Shown: one piece after another, positions 27,993 to 37,110 of the stretch
How positions within the stretch are numbered: the stretch's first letter is position 1
Layout of the letters: every line of letters begins with the position of its first letter
NCBI GenBank assembly: GCA_039812585.1
Contig: JBDIAW010000007.1
Location: forward strand, 1,162-65,161
Direction of reading: 5' to 3'
DNA length: 64,000 bases
Source of the DNA: Actinomycetota bacterium
Lineage (GTDB): Bacteria; Actinomycetota; Actinomycetes; JBDIAW01
Notes under the pieces: model-generated
What the model was told of the DNA's origin: nothing
Seen by the model: the letters and a program-made list of their open reading frames with translations, nothing else
Databases searched by the model: none
Translations under genes and position numbers: made by a program

Positions 27993-30250
27993 GACTGGCT
28001 CCGGGTGGGCGTGCAAGCCAGGCTGTTCTGCTCCCGCACGGTGCGCACCAGACCGTCGTGGATGCGTTGCCCCACCCGCCCATCCAGCGGCCCCATCACC
28101 GCCGCAAAGGCCTGCCGTTGCCCTGCTTCATCGTGCTGTCCGTTGGTGAGGTGGTCCAACAGGTCATCGAGGCTGACCTCACCTCCATCTTGTTGGCAGG
28201 CCCAGGGCAGGTTGGCACTGTAACTGCCAAAGCAGCCGTGCTCCTGCGTGCGTTGCCAGGCATCGGGGTCGGCACAGCGAGTGGAGACCAGCCTCCAACT
28301 GCCGTCAGGACTGCCTATCGACAGCGACAGGTCATAGGCCCATTGCGTGACCACCGTGCCATCAGCCAAGCAGGTGGCGAACAGGGCGTTACTGACCCAG
28401 TCATGCTCGGGGGTACTGCGCTGCGCAGCGTCCTGGTAGGGCAGTGGGCCCACATCGGCCAGCTCAATCCGTGGTGTAGAGGCGTGAGGGTCGATCCGCA
28501 CCGCAGCGTTGGCGTCACGAGGCAAGGCCAACACCTGCCCCTGCCAGGCCACCACGTTGACAAAAGGGATCACCCCGGGAGTGAAGCCGGCGGGGTAGTC
28601 ACTGAAGCGGCGCGTCTGGCCAGTGTCCAGATCGTAGGCCAGGATGGTGCTGCCCTGCGCGGGTGCCAACCACACCGTGCGGTCCAGAACGAGCAGATCC
28701 CAAAACGCCTCGCCGGGCTGGCCCACCTCGTGGCGGGTCACCGTGTGGGTGGCCAGATCGAAGATGAATAGCGCGTTGGTGCGGGTGCTGGCCATATACA
28801 GCAGATCCCCCTCCAGCTGCACCCCGTTCATGGCGTGGAAGATCAGCTCGTTGCCGTGCGGGGCGGGGTTATCCTCCAGCCAGTCATCCCACACCTGCTG
28901 AGCTCCGGTGCTCAGGTCGACCAGGACCAAGCCTGGGTGCAGGCCTGGTACCAGCACCAGGGTGTCCCTCCAGCGCACCGAGCGCACGAAGGACTGCGGC
29001 GTTGCCCCGGGAACCTCGTTGCGCTGCATCCACCCACTGGAGGGCTGGTAGCGGCACATCACCCGGGAGAAGTAAGGAGTCACCAGCAGCTCGTCGTGTT
29101 CGCGGCTCCAGGACACAGCATTGTGGGCGCGCAACAACTGCCTGGGTTGACCCAGGCTGGCTACGGGGGTGAACTCACCTGTAGCCAGATCCAGCCGACA
29201 CAGGGTGTCCAGCCGGGCATGGGCAAACCACGCGGTGGTTGGCTCATCAGGATCCTGAACCAGGTCCGTCATCCACGCCTGGTCATAGCAGGTGGAGCTT
29301 GGCGGTTGCTGGTGGGCCTGAGGGTCAGGAGCAGCCAGCAACAGCACCGGCTTACCTGCCGCCCCAAAGTAATGCGCCGCCGAGGAGGTCGGCTCTCCCA
29401 GGTAGGCCGAGCACCAATGCAGGGCGGCGCTGAGATCAGTGGTGGTATCGATGAGCACCGCCTGGCTGCTGGTCGCCGTTTTGCGCAAAGCGTTATAGGC
29501 CACTCGCACCAAGGGGGCCTGGGAGGTCAGCGTGGCCTCCAGCAGAGGGTGAGGCCTCCAGATCAGCACGATGTCGCGGCGTTGCTCCACCGCCGCGATG
29601 ACCTGTTTCAGGCGCGTGAAGTAGGCCGAACCCGCCGCCAATACTGTGGCGATTCCGGTGTTGAGAAACACGGCGGTACGTCCCCGTAGGTGACTCACCC
29701 AGTCCGGTGTCTGCAAAGGCACAGTGCTGTTGGTGCTGGTTGCACGCACGACCAGGTCGGTTTTGGCGCTGCCCCAGGGCAGGAGTTTGTCACGGTAGCG
29801 CGGGCTGAAATGGTGAGCCATCTGCGGCGTTTGCGTGATGATCCAATCCACGTTGTCATAACTGGGCAGACTGCCGTGGGATTCGGTCAACGCCCCCCCG
29901 GAAAGGTAATAAGGCAGGTAGACAATGCTGGCCCCGGTATTTTTCAACGTGGAGGCAAAAAACCGTTGGGGGATCCGGGTCACCACGTTGAAAATGTCAA
30001 AGACGTTGTGCAGATAGATGATGTCGGGACCAAAACTGTGCACATCGAAGGTTTCGTGGGACTCCACCATCACCTCAGCCGGAAACTGGTCGGATTCATC
30101 GTGGACGGCGACCGGAACACCTTCAACGATTTCGCTGTAAGGGATGGGAATGACCTTCACCTCGCACTCTGGGTCGTTGATCGCCGCCTGCCAAACCGTG
30201 TGCATGCAGTCCCACAAGCTTGCTTTATAGGGCATGAAACAGATCCTCAT
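27989..30250 (-). CDS. TagF/TagB-family CDP-alditol phosphotransferase (polymerase-like) fused to C-terminal beta-propeller-like repeat domain
   Basis: N-terminal ~400 aa has RDIVLIWRPHPLL (the KPHP-type motif of the Glyphos_transf family). The C-terminal ~350 aa has repeated beta-strand blocks. ATG at 30250 overlaps the upstream stop as ATGA. Confidence 0.65.
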   Translation of the reverse strand: MRICFMPYKASLWDCMHTVWQAAINDPECEVKVIPIPYSEIVEGVPVAVHDESDQFPAEVMVESHETFDVHSFGPDIIYLHNVFDIFNVVTRIPQRFFASTLKNTGASIVYLPYYLSGGALTESHGSLPSYDNVDWIITQTPQMAHHFSPRYRDKLLPWGSAKTDLVVRATSTNSTVPLQTPDWVSHLRGRTAVFLNTGIATVLAAGSAYFTRLKQVIAAVEQRRDIVLIWRPHPLLEATLTSQAPLVRVAYNALRKTATSSQAVLIDTTTDLSAALHWCSAYLGEPTSSAAHYFGAAGKPVLLLAAPDPQAHQQPPSSTCYDQAWMTDLVQDPDEPTTAWFAHARLDTLCRLDLATGEFTPVASLGQPRQLLRAHNAVSWSREHDELLVTPYFSRVMCRYQPSSGWMQRNEVPGATPQSFVRSVRWRDTLVLVPGLHPGLVLVDLSTGAQQVWDDWLEDNPAPHGNELIFHAMNGVQLEGDLLYMASTRTNALFIFDLATHTVTRHEVGQPGEAFWDLLVLDRTVWLAPAQGSTILAYDLDTGQTRRFSDYPAGFTPGVIPFVNVVAWQGQVLALPRDANAAVRIDPHASTPRIELADVGPLPYQDAAQRSTPEHDWVSNALFATCLADGTVVTQWAYDLSLSIGSPDGSWRLVSTRCADPDAWQRTQEHGCFGSYSANLPWACQQDGGEVSLDDLLDHLTNGQHDEAGQRQAFAAVMGPLDGRVGQRIHDGLVRTVREQNSLACTPTRSQS

Positions 30251-32478
30251 GGCATGGCTTCCTCTGCTGGGGCGGCTGGACATTCCAAACCGGTGCATTC
30301 CAGCCAGGAGAAATCTCGACCACAAAACTCGTCATAGAGTTTTTTGTCCGCCAGGATGTGTGGGTTAGTGACCACGGTGTAGTCGCGGTGAAGAAATTTC
30401 AGCAGCCGATCGGCCACGCTCGGATCAGGATTGTGCCACGGGGTGTAGCCCAGTAATTCGTGAAAAGTGCGTGCATAATCGGTGATCGCATCGTGGATGT
30501 CCCGCAGACTGGCAATTTGATCAGGTGTTCTCGTTTCAGGGCCAAACACTGGCTCGCCACCTGAAGAAAATCCCACCAACGTCGGTTGATCAGACGACAG
30601 CACATTTTCGACGAACATGTAGTTGTCCAACAGGTGTGACGTGGACACATAGTGGTTACCGCTAGTGAAAAGTGACTGGACAGCTAAGCCTTTTTTGGGA
30701 GGAAAGTCGGAGGCTAAGCGGACGAAAAAGAACCCCTGGATCGATCGACCCAACACATCCTCCAACGCCAATTGAGAGGTACCTGCCGAGACGAAGTCAC
30801 AGAAGGCAATCGTGTCTTCCTTGGTCAGTCCAAGATCTTCCAGATAGGTACGGTAATTCTTTTCTGCTTCTTGCGCGCGGGCTTGGATGGCCGGCCAGTG
30901 GCGCTGCACATAATCGACCCATTCTTCCCCTGCCTCTCGGGGGGAGATCTCCTGCGGATCCAGGTGGAAACGTTGGGCAAGCAGGTGCTCCGCACTGCCT
31001 TGGAAGGGAAACGAGACGGCATACTCCAAGCGCTGTGGGTTGACCAACGAAGCAAAAACCCCGCAGGCTCGTGAAGTGAGTAGATAGACCGGTTGGGGAT
31101 AGTGATGCTCACCTCGATGACGATGCTGATAGCCCTGGATAAAATCAGTAATGAGCCGTTGAAGAATAAAGCCGTCACGTGCTGCTACATACAATCGCTC
31201 ACATTGACCTTGTGTGCGCTCGAGCAGCCAGTGAACAAAGGTGGTGACAATCGGTGCAGTAAAGATGGTCCCGATATCGCTGTCATGCTCGAGACGAAGA
31301 CGTCCTTGGGTGTCATGGAAGATAAACGGATCATTGAAGACGTGCGAGGCGAACATTCCCACCTGAAGCTGGGTGTGGGGGGTCGTAGCGAGCTCCAGGA
31401 GTTCATCGAGGGCCGAGCAGTCCAACAGGGCATAAGGGGAGGCAATGAGCACACTGGACATTCCCCGCTGGGTGGCAGCTGCATCGTCGGCGTCGGGGTT
31501 GTCTCCAATGTGCACACAGGTCGAAGGGTTTTTACCTTCCAGATACACGTCAAATAAGCCATTGCATTTCGAGACGCCGTAGTCGCCAGACACCAGCAGG
31601 GTGTGTGGCCCACGCACCCCACAACGCTGCAACCATCCGGTGATCGTGGCGCTGGAGTGGTACATATCAGAAATCAAGGTGACGGGCTTACCTAGGCTCA
31701 GGGCATAGTCATAGAGGTCCACCACGGCTCGACGGGGGATCAGGGCTTGAGTTTCACAGGATAATTCCAGCGCTTGCAACTCCTGACATAACCATTGGGG
31801 CCAGCCGGTGTTGCGATGTAAACGTTGGTAAATATCTTCAAGGGTAGGGCTGCCGATCTCGCGGTTCAGTTCACCTTCTGCACCACTGCGTTGCTGCGCG
31901 AAACGGTCACAGTCATACCCACGAGCTGAGGCCTGTACGGCAACCAGATCAAAAATGTGTGCAGGTTGCAAAACCCGCCGGGTCATCAAGGTGTCGAAAA
32001 TGTCAAAACTAATAGAATCCGCCTGTGCGATCTGAGCTTTCACCTCATCGGAACTCACAGATGGGTAGGGATCGAGGTAGGTGTTTTTTTCTGCCAGCCG
32101 AGTCAGATCGCGTCCTTGCAAATCATAAACGGCAATGCCAGCCTGGCGACAGGATTGTTCTATGCGACGGAAAATAATACGCACATTGCTATTACGGGCC
32201 ACAATAACGATAGTTTGTACTCCAGAAGCCACTGCTTCATCCATACTCAACACCGGATACCCGTAAACCCGCTCACCTTCTCGTGCGGCATCCAACAATC
32301 CCACAATGTGATAATGCGGGTAATGGTGCACAATGATTTCAGTGCTTGCACTTAACCCATAAATGGCCACTGGAAGGTGAGGGTCGGTCACGATGGACCC
32401 AAATTGTTGCAGAACATAGCGTTGTTCAGCAGTTAACTGCCCTGGGGTATGACTGAGGTTATTCAGGGTGGTTGTCAT
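30247..32478 (-). CDS. multidomain protein: N-terminal Rossmann-like domain, HAD-like phosphatase domain (DxDxT), C-terminal uncharacterised paralogous domain
   Basis: PVAIYGLSASTEIIV...; ISFDIFDTLMTRR is HAD motif I; the C-terminal half is paralogous to 25625..26851. ~45-50% GC. ATG 32478 has a GAGGTG RBS. Confidence 0.65.
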   Translation of the reverse strand: MTTTLNNLSHTPGQLTAEQRYVLQQFGSIVTDPHLPVAIYGLSASTEIIVHHYPHYHIVGLLDAAREGERVYGYPVLSMDEAVASGVQTIVIVARNSNVRIIFRRIEQSCRQAGIAVYDLQGRDLTRLAEKNTYLDPYPSVSSDEVKAQIAQADSISFDIFDTLMTRRVLQPAHIFDLVAVQASARGYDCDRFAQQRSGAEGELNREIGSPTLEDIYQRLHRNTGWPQWLCQELQALELSCETQALIPRRAVVDLYDYALSLGKPVTLISDMYHSSATITGWLQRCGVRGPHTLLVSGDYGVSKCNGLFDVYLEGKNPSTCVHIGDNPDADDAAATQRGMSSVLIASPYALLDCSALDELLELATTPHTQLQVGMFASHVFNDPFIFHDTQGRLRLEHDSDIGTIFTAPIVTTFVHWLLERTQGQCERLYVAARDGFILQRLITDFIQGYQHRHRGEHHYPQPVYLLTSRACGVFASLVNPQRLEYAVSFPFQGSAEHLLAQRFHLDPQEISPREAGEEWVDYVQRHWPAIQARAQEAEKNYRTYLEDLGLTKEDTIAFCDFVSAGTSQLALEDVLGRSIQGFFFVRLASDFPPKKGLAVQSLFTSGNHYVSTSHLLDNYMFVENVLSSDQPTLVGFSSGGEPVFGPETRTPDQIASLRDIHDAITDYARTFHELLGYTPWHNPDPSVADRLLKFLHRDYTVVTNPHILADKKLYDEFCGRDFSWLECTGLECPAAPAEEAMP

Positions 32479-32491
32479 GGTTCGCTGCACC

Positions 32492-33256
32492 TCACCCGAA
32501 AATCTGTTCAGTTTCGCGGGCGTCTAAGATCGCCCTCACCATGTAAAAGTCGGTGGCGGTCGTCACTTTGATATTGTCCGGCGAACACAGAACGGCGTGC
32601 ATGGTATGGCCATAGGCTTGCATCAGGCTTGCCGAATCCACAAAATCACACCTGCGATCCCTGCGGGCATATTCATGGGCGCGGAAAATATCCCGAAAAC
32701 GAAAACTTTGTGGGGCTTTCGCGATATGTGTTTGAGAGCGTTCTAAGACGTCATCAATGCGACCATTGTCGTGAACTCTGGCTACTGTTTCCCACTCTGG
32801 GGCAACCGTAATTGCGTTCCCTTTGTTTTTCACTGATTCGATGTTGGCAGAAATTGCCTCTGCGGTCACTAAAGGGCGTACCCCATCATGAATCAATACG
32901 ATGCCGTCATCGGGCACACCTGCTAATTCAAGCGCCTTCAGCCCTTGGTAGATGGACTCCTGACTGGTCGCCCCACCTGGAACAATATCGATTACTTTGT
33001 CACATTTGTGGTGAGCGGCATCTTTTTTAGCACGATCAATCCATCCCGCCACGCACACCACGACTATCCCATTGATCTCTGGATGAGTGTCAAAATGTTC
33101 AATGGTGTGCTGCAAAATGGTTTTCCCGTGAATGCGCAAAAACTGCTTCGGTGTGGCGCGCGAGTTCATGCGCACCCCCACACCTCCGGCAAATATCACC
33201 ACGTAATTAATGGCGTGTCCCCTCTGCAGGGGGTGATCTGCATGCTGGCAAATCAC
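32492..33256 (-). CDS. tarI: IspD/TarI-family cytidylyltransferase (candidate ribitol-5-phosphate cytidylyltransferase)
   Basis: VVIFAGGVGVRM...PKQFL...GK.IL. ~50% GC. Sits beside an SDR reductase, like the two halves of Bcs1. Confidence 0.75.
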   Translation of the reverse strand: MICQHADHPLQRGHAINYVVIFAGGVGVRMNSRATPKQFLRIHGKTILQHTIEHFDTHPEINGIVVVCVAGWIDRAKKDAAHHKCDKVIDIVPGGATSQESIYQGLKALELAGVPDDGIVLIHDGVRPLVTAEAISANIESVKNKGNAITVAPEWETVARVHDNGRIDDVLERSQTHIAKAPQSFRFRDIFRAHEYARRDRRCDFVDSASLMQAYGHTMHAVLCSPDNIKVTTATDFYMVRAILDARETEQIFG

Positions 33257-33288
33257 CCAGAATCACCCGTAGGGTAACGGAAAGGTGA

Positions 33289-34431
33289 TCAACTGATAAC
33301 GGCGGGGGCCTGGTCCAAACGGACTATCGGCGCAGCCGGGCAGATTTGCCCACTGGCGTGCCAGTACTGCACCATCTGGCTCAGGCTATCGGCTAACTGG
33401 GTGCGAGGGTGCCACCCCAGGTGCCTCAGGCGATCCGCGCTCAGACGGTTGGCCGTGGGGGCGGCGAAGCCCGTTATGCGCCGGTCACGCACATCAATCC
33501 TCACTTGGCAACGGCCACCCCCGAAGCGGTCGCAGATCAGCTGCGCCAACTGGGCCACTTGCATACTGCTGGCGGGGTTAACCACGGTATAGGCGGTAGG
33601 ACTGTGACCCACCAGCCCTACCTGGAGCAGGCCGGCCAGGGCATCCAAGCTGTCGCAGTAGTTCCCCATTGCGGTTCCGGTGCTGCGCAGTATCACATCC
33701 TGACCCAGGAGCACTTGTCGGGTGAAGGCGGCAGGAGCGCGCGGATCAAGCGCGGAGGTCCCCATCCCTACCACTTGCCCCAGGCGAGCCACCACGCAGT
33801 TCAGCCCATGCTGAGTCGCATACAACGTGCACAGGTGCTCGGCGGCGCGTTTGCCCAGCGGGTAGCAACTGCGTGGGTCTACCGGGTCAATCTCCCCCAG
33901 ATACGCTTCCTCGTCGGCCACACGTGGGTGTGCCGAGCGCAGGCCGTAGACCTCCACCGAGGAGAGGTAGACCACTCGCGTGGCGTGTTGCTGCTGCGCC
34001 CAGCCCAACACCTGGGAGGTGCCGGTGAGGATCCCCTCGAAGACCTGCAGCGGTTGGCTGGCCATCGTCGAGGAGGAGGTGGTTGCGGCGCAGTGGAACA
34101 CCCACACCCCGTCGGCGCCTGGCACCGCCTGGCTCAGCTCAGGGGGAGCTTGCTGCTGCAGGTCCCAGCGCACCCACTGCAGGGGCGTGTCTCCCAGAGG
34201 GGGGAGATGCTCGGGTAGGCCTGGGCGGTGACGGTAGGTGCCCACCAGGCGCAGGTCCAGATCATGGGCTCGCTGAGCTGCATCAAGGGCTGCCACCAGC
34301 ATCCCACCCACCGTGCCGCTGGCTCCGGTGATCACCACGCAGGCGCCGCGAAGCCGCTGCCATGGCAAAGGCAGTGCAGCCACCTGGTCTAAGCCTGTGC
34401 TCCACCCTGATTCGCCCCAGCCTGCACGCAC
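33289..34431 (-). CDS. NAD-dependent epimerase/dehydratase-family SDR (candidate ribulose-5-P reductase partner of TarI)
   Basis: VVITGASGTVGGMLV glycine-rich NAD-binding motif and extended SDR fold. Start is uncertain and probably internal. Confidence 0.7.
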   Translation of the reverse strand: MRAGWGESGWSTGLDQVAALPLPWQRLRGACVVITGASGTVGGMLVAALDAAQRAHDLDLRLVGTYRHRPGLPEHLPPLGDTPLQWVRWDLQQQAPPELSQAVPGADGVWVFHCAATTSSSTMASQPLQVFEGILTGTSQVLGWAQQQHATRVVYLSSVEVYGLRSAHPRVADEEAYLGEIDPVDPRSCYPLGKRAAEHLCTLYATQHGLNCVVARLGQVVGMGTSALDPRAPAAFTRQVLLGQDVILRSTGTAMGNYCDSLDALAGLLQVGLVGHSPTAYTVVNPASSMQVAQLAQLICDRFGGGRCQVRIDVRDRRITGFAAPTANRLSADRLRHLGWHPRTQLADSLSQMVQYWHASGQICPAAPIVRLDQAPAVIS

Positions 34432-34464
34432 GCGCCGAAGACTAGCAACCGCCCGACCGCTGCT

Positions 34465-37110
34465 TTAGCGGCGCACCTGCAGCTGCACATACTCCCCGTC
34501 CTTGGGAGCCACCAGACGCAGGTAGAGCAAGCCTGCCGAGGAGTCCCACCAGGCGCAGGATTTGCCCGAGCGAGCTAGTTCGGCGGTGCTGCTGACAGCT
34601 CCGCCGTAGCACCACTGGTCTTTGGCGGCAATGTCGCATCCGTAGAGGCTGACCTGCGGCTTGGTGGGCATGGGGACCTCCACCTCCACCCAGCCCCCGG
34701 TGGGGGCCCGCATAACGTAGGCCGACTGAGCCGGGGGTGCCGCTGTGGCGAAGGCCACCGTGTAACGCTGCCCGGAAACGGCTGTGGTGTAGGCGGTGGT
34801 GGAGTCCGGCTCAGGGCCGTCGAGGGTGATGCTGGCACCCTCACGGCTGATGGTCAATGGCCGCAGCGCCGCCTGCTCGTTGGGTACCTCCACCGAGAGG
34901 CCGATGTAGGAGGCAGCAGGGCAAATCGCCGCGTTCCACTCCGGGCGCACCGTGCATCGCGAGCCTGCGTTGAACCCATCTCGTGCCATGACCACACTGC
35001 CTGCGCTGCCGGTGACTGAACCGTCAGTGTCGTGGAACAACGCCGAGCGTTGGGAGTCATACAGGGTCGGTTTGCCCTCATCGTCGGTGGGGGAGGCGGG
35101 TGCGGCGTAAAAAGGTAGGGCATCGACAAACCGCGCACTGGTGGCGAAGTTGTCGGCACTGGTGGGATAGCCGTTATCCAGCTTGAGCCCCAGCCCGCTG
35201 GCTTGACGCACTGCATTGGGCGTGAACTGGGCAAATGTGGTGGCGATGGTGCCCACATCACCGTCGTAGAACTCAAACCCCCGGATGGGGAACTCAGGCT
35301 GCCACGGGCGGGGCAGCGCTCTGCCAGCCGCCCCGCGCTTCTCCCATCCCTGCGCGGTGCCCGTGTTGGCGGTTTCGCCCACAACCAAGCTCTCGCGCAG
35401 ACTGGTGTGGTCGTTGGCGAACGTAGCCCCAATGGCGTTATCCGCCAGCACCGCAGCGTGCACCTGTTGGTGGGAACCGCGCAACCACACTCCGTGGTCA
35501 CGGTTTTTGTAGGCGGTGATGCCTTCGAACACCGCTACCACGGGGGCTGACTTCTCTGAGGTAGGGGTTTTGCGGGGGGAGAAGTTAGCCTCCACGCCGT
35601 CACGTTCCTGCTCCGGAGCAGGGTTGACGTTGACTCCGTCGCGGTCGTTGGAGTGGGCGGTGTTGTTGCGAAAGGTCCCCAGCGCGGTGGTCGCCGGGCG
35701 CAGGCTGGTGTAGGAGGACAGCTTGGCTGACAGCCCAGTGACATGTTTGGGCGGAGCGAGCCAAAAGCCCATTCCATCGGAGCCAGCGGCCACATTGCCG
35801 GTGATGGCATTGTTGGGATTGGTGATCCAAAAAGAGGCGGGGGATTGCTCATCGCTGAGCAAAATCCCTTGCCCAGCAGGAGGTTTACGGGTCCGAAAGC
35901 TCAGGTTGTCGCTGAGGCGTACCCCGGTTTCAGAGCCATCTTCAAAGAAAATCCCATGCCCGATGTGGTCATAGCAGGTGTTGCCGCTGACGGTGAGATT
36001 CTGAATACCGTGGATGGTGATGCAGCGGTTAAATGTATGGTGAATGCTGGAGTTTTTCACGTACATCTGGCTGCCATCGCCCACCAAGTGGAAGTGAATC
36101 GGGTAGCGGCGCAACGCGCTTTTCTGCCCCATGCGCGTCAGCTCGACACCAGCGATACGAGCCTGACTGCCGGCCATCACCATGATCTGCCCGCCGAATC
36201 CTCCTGAGCTGGTGGCCTGCTCGCCTTCCACGGTGACGTTGTGACTAAGCAACGCGACCTCGGCACGCTGGTCGACGCTTTGCCCCGCGACGGTCTGCAC
36301 CCGGCCCCAATGCGCAAACTCCGTGGGAGAGTTCAGCCCGATCGTGGAGCCTTGAACCGAGGTGATGGTGAACACCTCGCTGAAGGTGGGGTTGAAGTCG
36401 GTGGAGGCCACCGCGATGCGATCTCCCACCGCCCACGGCATGGGTTTGGCCAGCGTCAGACTCCGCGAGCCGGCTTTGAGGGTGGCGCCCAGTTTGGTCC
36501 ACGTGGGCAGGGTGCGTCCATGCAAATCCAGTCGACCCCCCATCACCCCAATCACCTTGGTGCCCATCTCCATGAGGTCTTCGTTGGACTTTTTGCCGGT
36601 TAAAACGATGCGGGCCCGTTTGGTGAAGGGTTGCTGCTGCGAGCCCACCTGCAACGCACCGTGCACCATAATGGCCCGCGCTTGGAGGGTGAGGTCAGCA
36701 TCGCCAAAGGTCAGCGAGCCGTTAATAGTCAGGACTCCGATGGGAGCAGGGCTGGCGATCACAACCACGTCACGTCCTGCGGGGATCGTCACATCCTGCC
36801 CGGCTAAGGGCACCTGCCCACCCCACGTTGCGGGGTCATCCCAGCGGGTGGCTTGCGCAGGGATCTGTTGTGGCCCCTGCGGGTCAGGGATTCCTACAGT
36901 GGGCCCCTCCTGCAATCCTTGACGCTCCAGCCCAGTCTGTTCTCCCGCCGTCCACGGATGCCAGGCCAGCACCCCGACCAGTCCAACCACCATGAGCACG
37001 ATGAGGGCCCCAATCAGCCCAGGCGAGCGCATCCAGGGTAGGGCTGGTGCGGCGCGTCGCCGGCCACGCACTGTTTGGGGGTAGGGCATCTGGAATTGGC
37101 TCATCCTCAC
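34465..37110 (-). CDS. membrane-anchored G8-domain / right-handed parallel beta-helix protein (putative secreted glycan depolymerase or modifying enzyme)
   Basis: N-terminal signal anchor (LIGALIVLMVVGLVGVLAW). G8-like segment DVTIPAGRDVVVIASPAPIGVLTINGSLTFGD. Many NxxHD/beta-helix repeats. Confidence 0.65.
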   Translation of the reverse strand: MRMSQFQMPYPQTVRGRRRAAPALPWMRSPGLIGALIVLMVVGLVGVLAWHPWTAGEQTGLERQGLQEGPTVGIPDPQGPQQIPAQATRWDDPATWGGQVPLAGQDVTIPAGRDVVVIASPAPIGVLTINGSLTFGDADLTLQARAIMVHGALQVGSQQQPFTKRARIVLTGKKSNEDLMEMGTKVIGVMGGRLDLHGRTLPTWTKLGATLKAGSRSLTLAKPMPWAVGDRIAVASTDFNPTFSEVFTITSVQGSTIGLNSPTEFAHWGRVQTVAGQSVDQRAEVALLSHNVTVEGEQATSSGGFGGQIMVMAGSQARIAGVELTRMGQKSALRRYPIHFHLVGDGSQMYVKNSSIHHTFNRCITIHGIQNLTVSGNTCYDHIGHGIFFEDGSETGVRLSDNLSFRTRKPPAGQGILLSDEQSPASFWITNPNNAITGNVAAGSDGMGFWLAPPKHVTGLSAKLSSYTSLRPATTALGTFRNNTAHSNDRDGVNVNPAPEQERDGVEANFSPRKTPTSEKSAPVVAVFEGITAYKNRDHGVWLRGSHQQVHAAVLADNAIGATFANDHTSLRESLVVGETANTGTAQGWEKRGAAGRALPRPWQPEFPIRGFEFYDGDVGTIATTFAQFTPNAVRQASGLGLKLDNGYPTSADNFATSARFVDALPFYAAPASPTDDEGKPTLYDSQRSALFHDTDGSVTGSAGSVVMARDGFNAGSRCTVRPEWNAAICPAASYIGLSVEVPNEQAALRPLTISREGASITLDGPEPDSTTAYTTAVSGQRYTVAFATAAPPAQSAYVMRAPTGGWVEVEVPMPTKPQVSLYGCDIAAKDQWCYGGAVSSTAELARSGKSCAWWDSSAGLLYLRLVAPKDGEYVQLQVRR

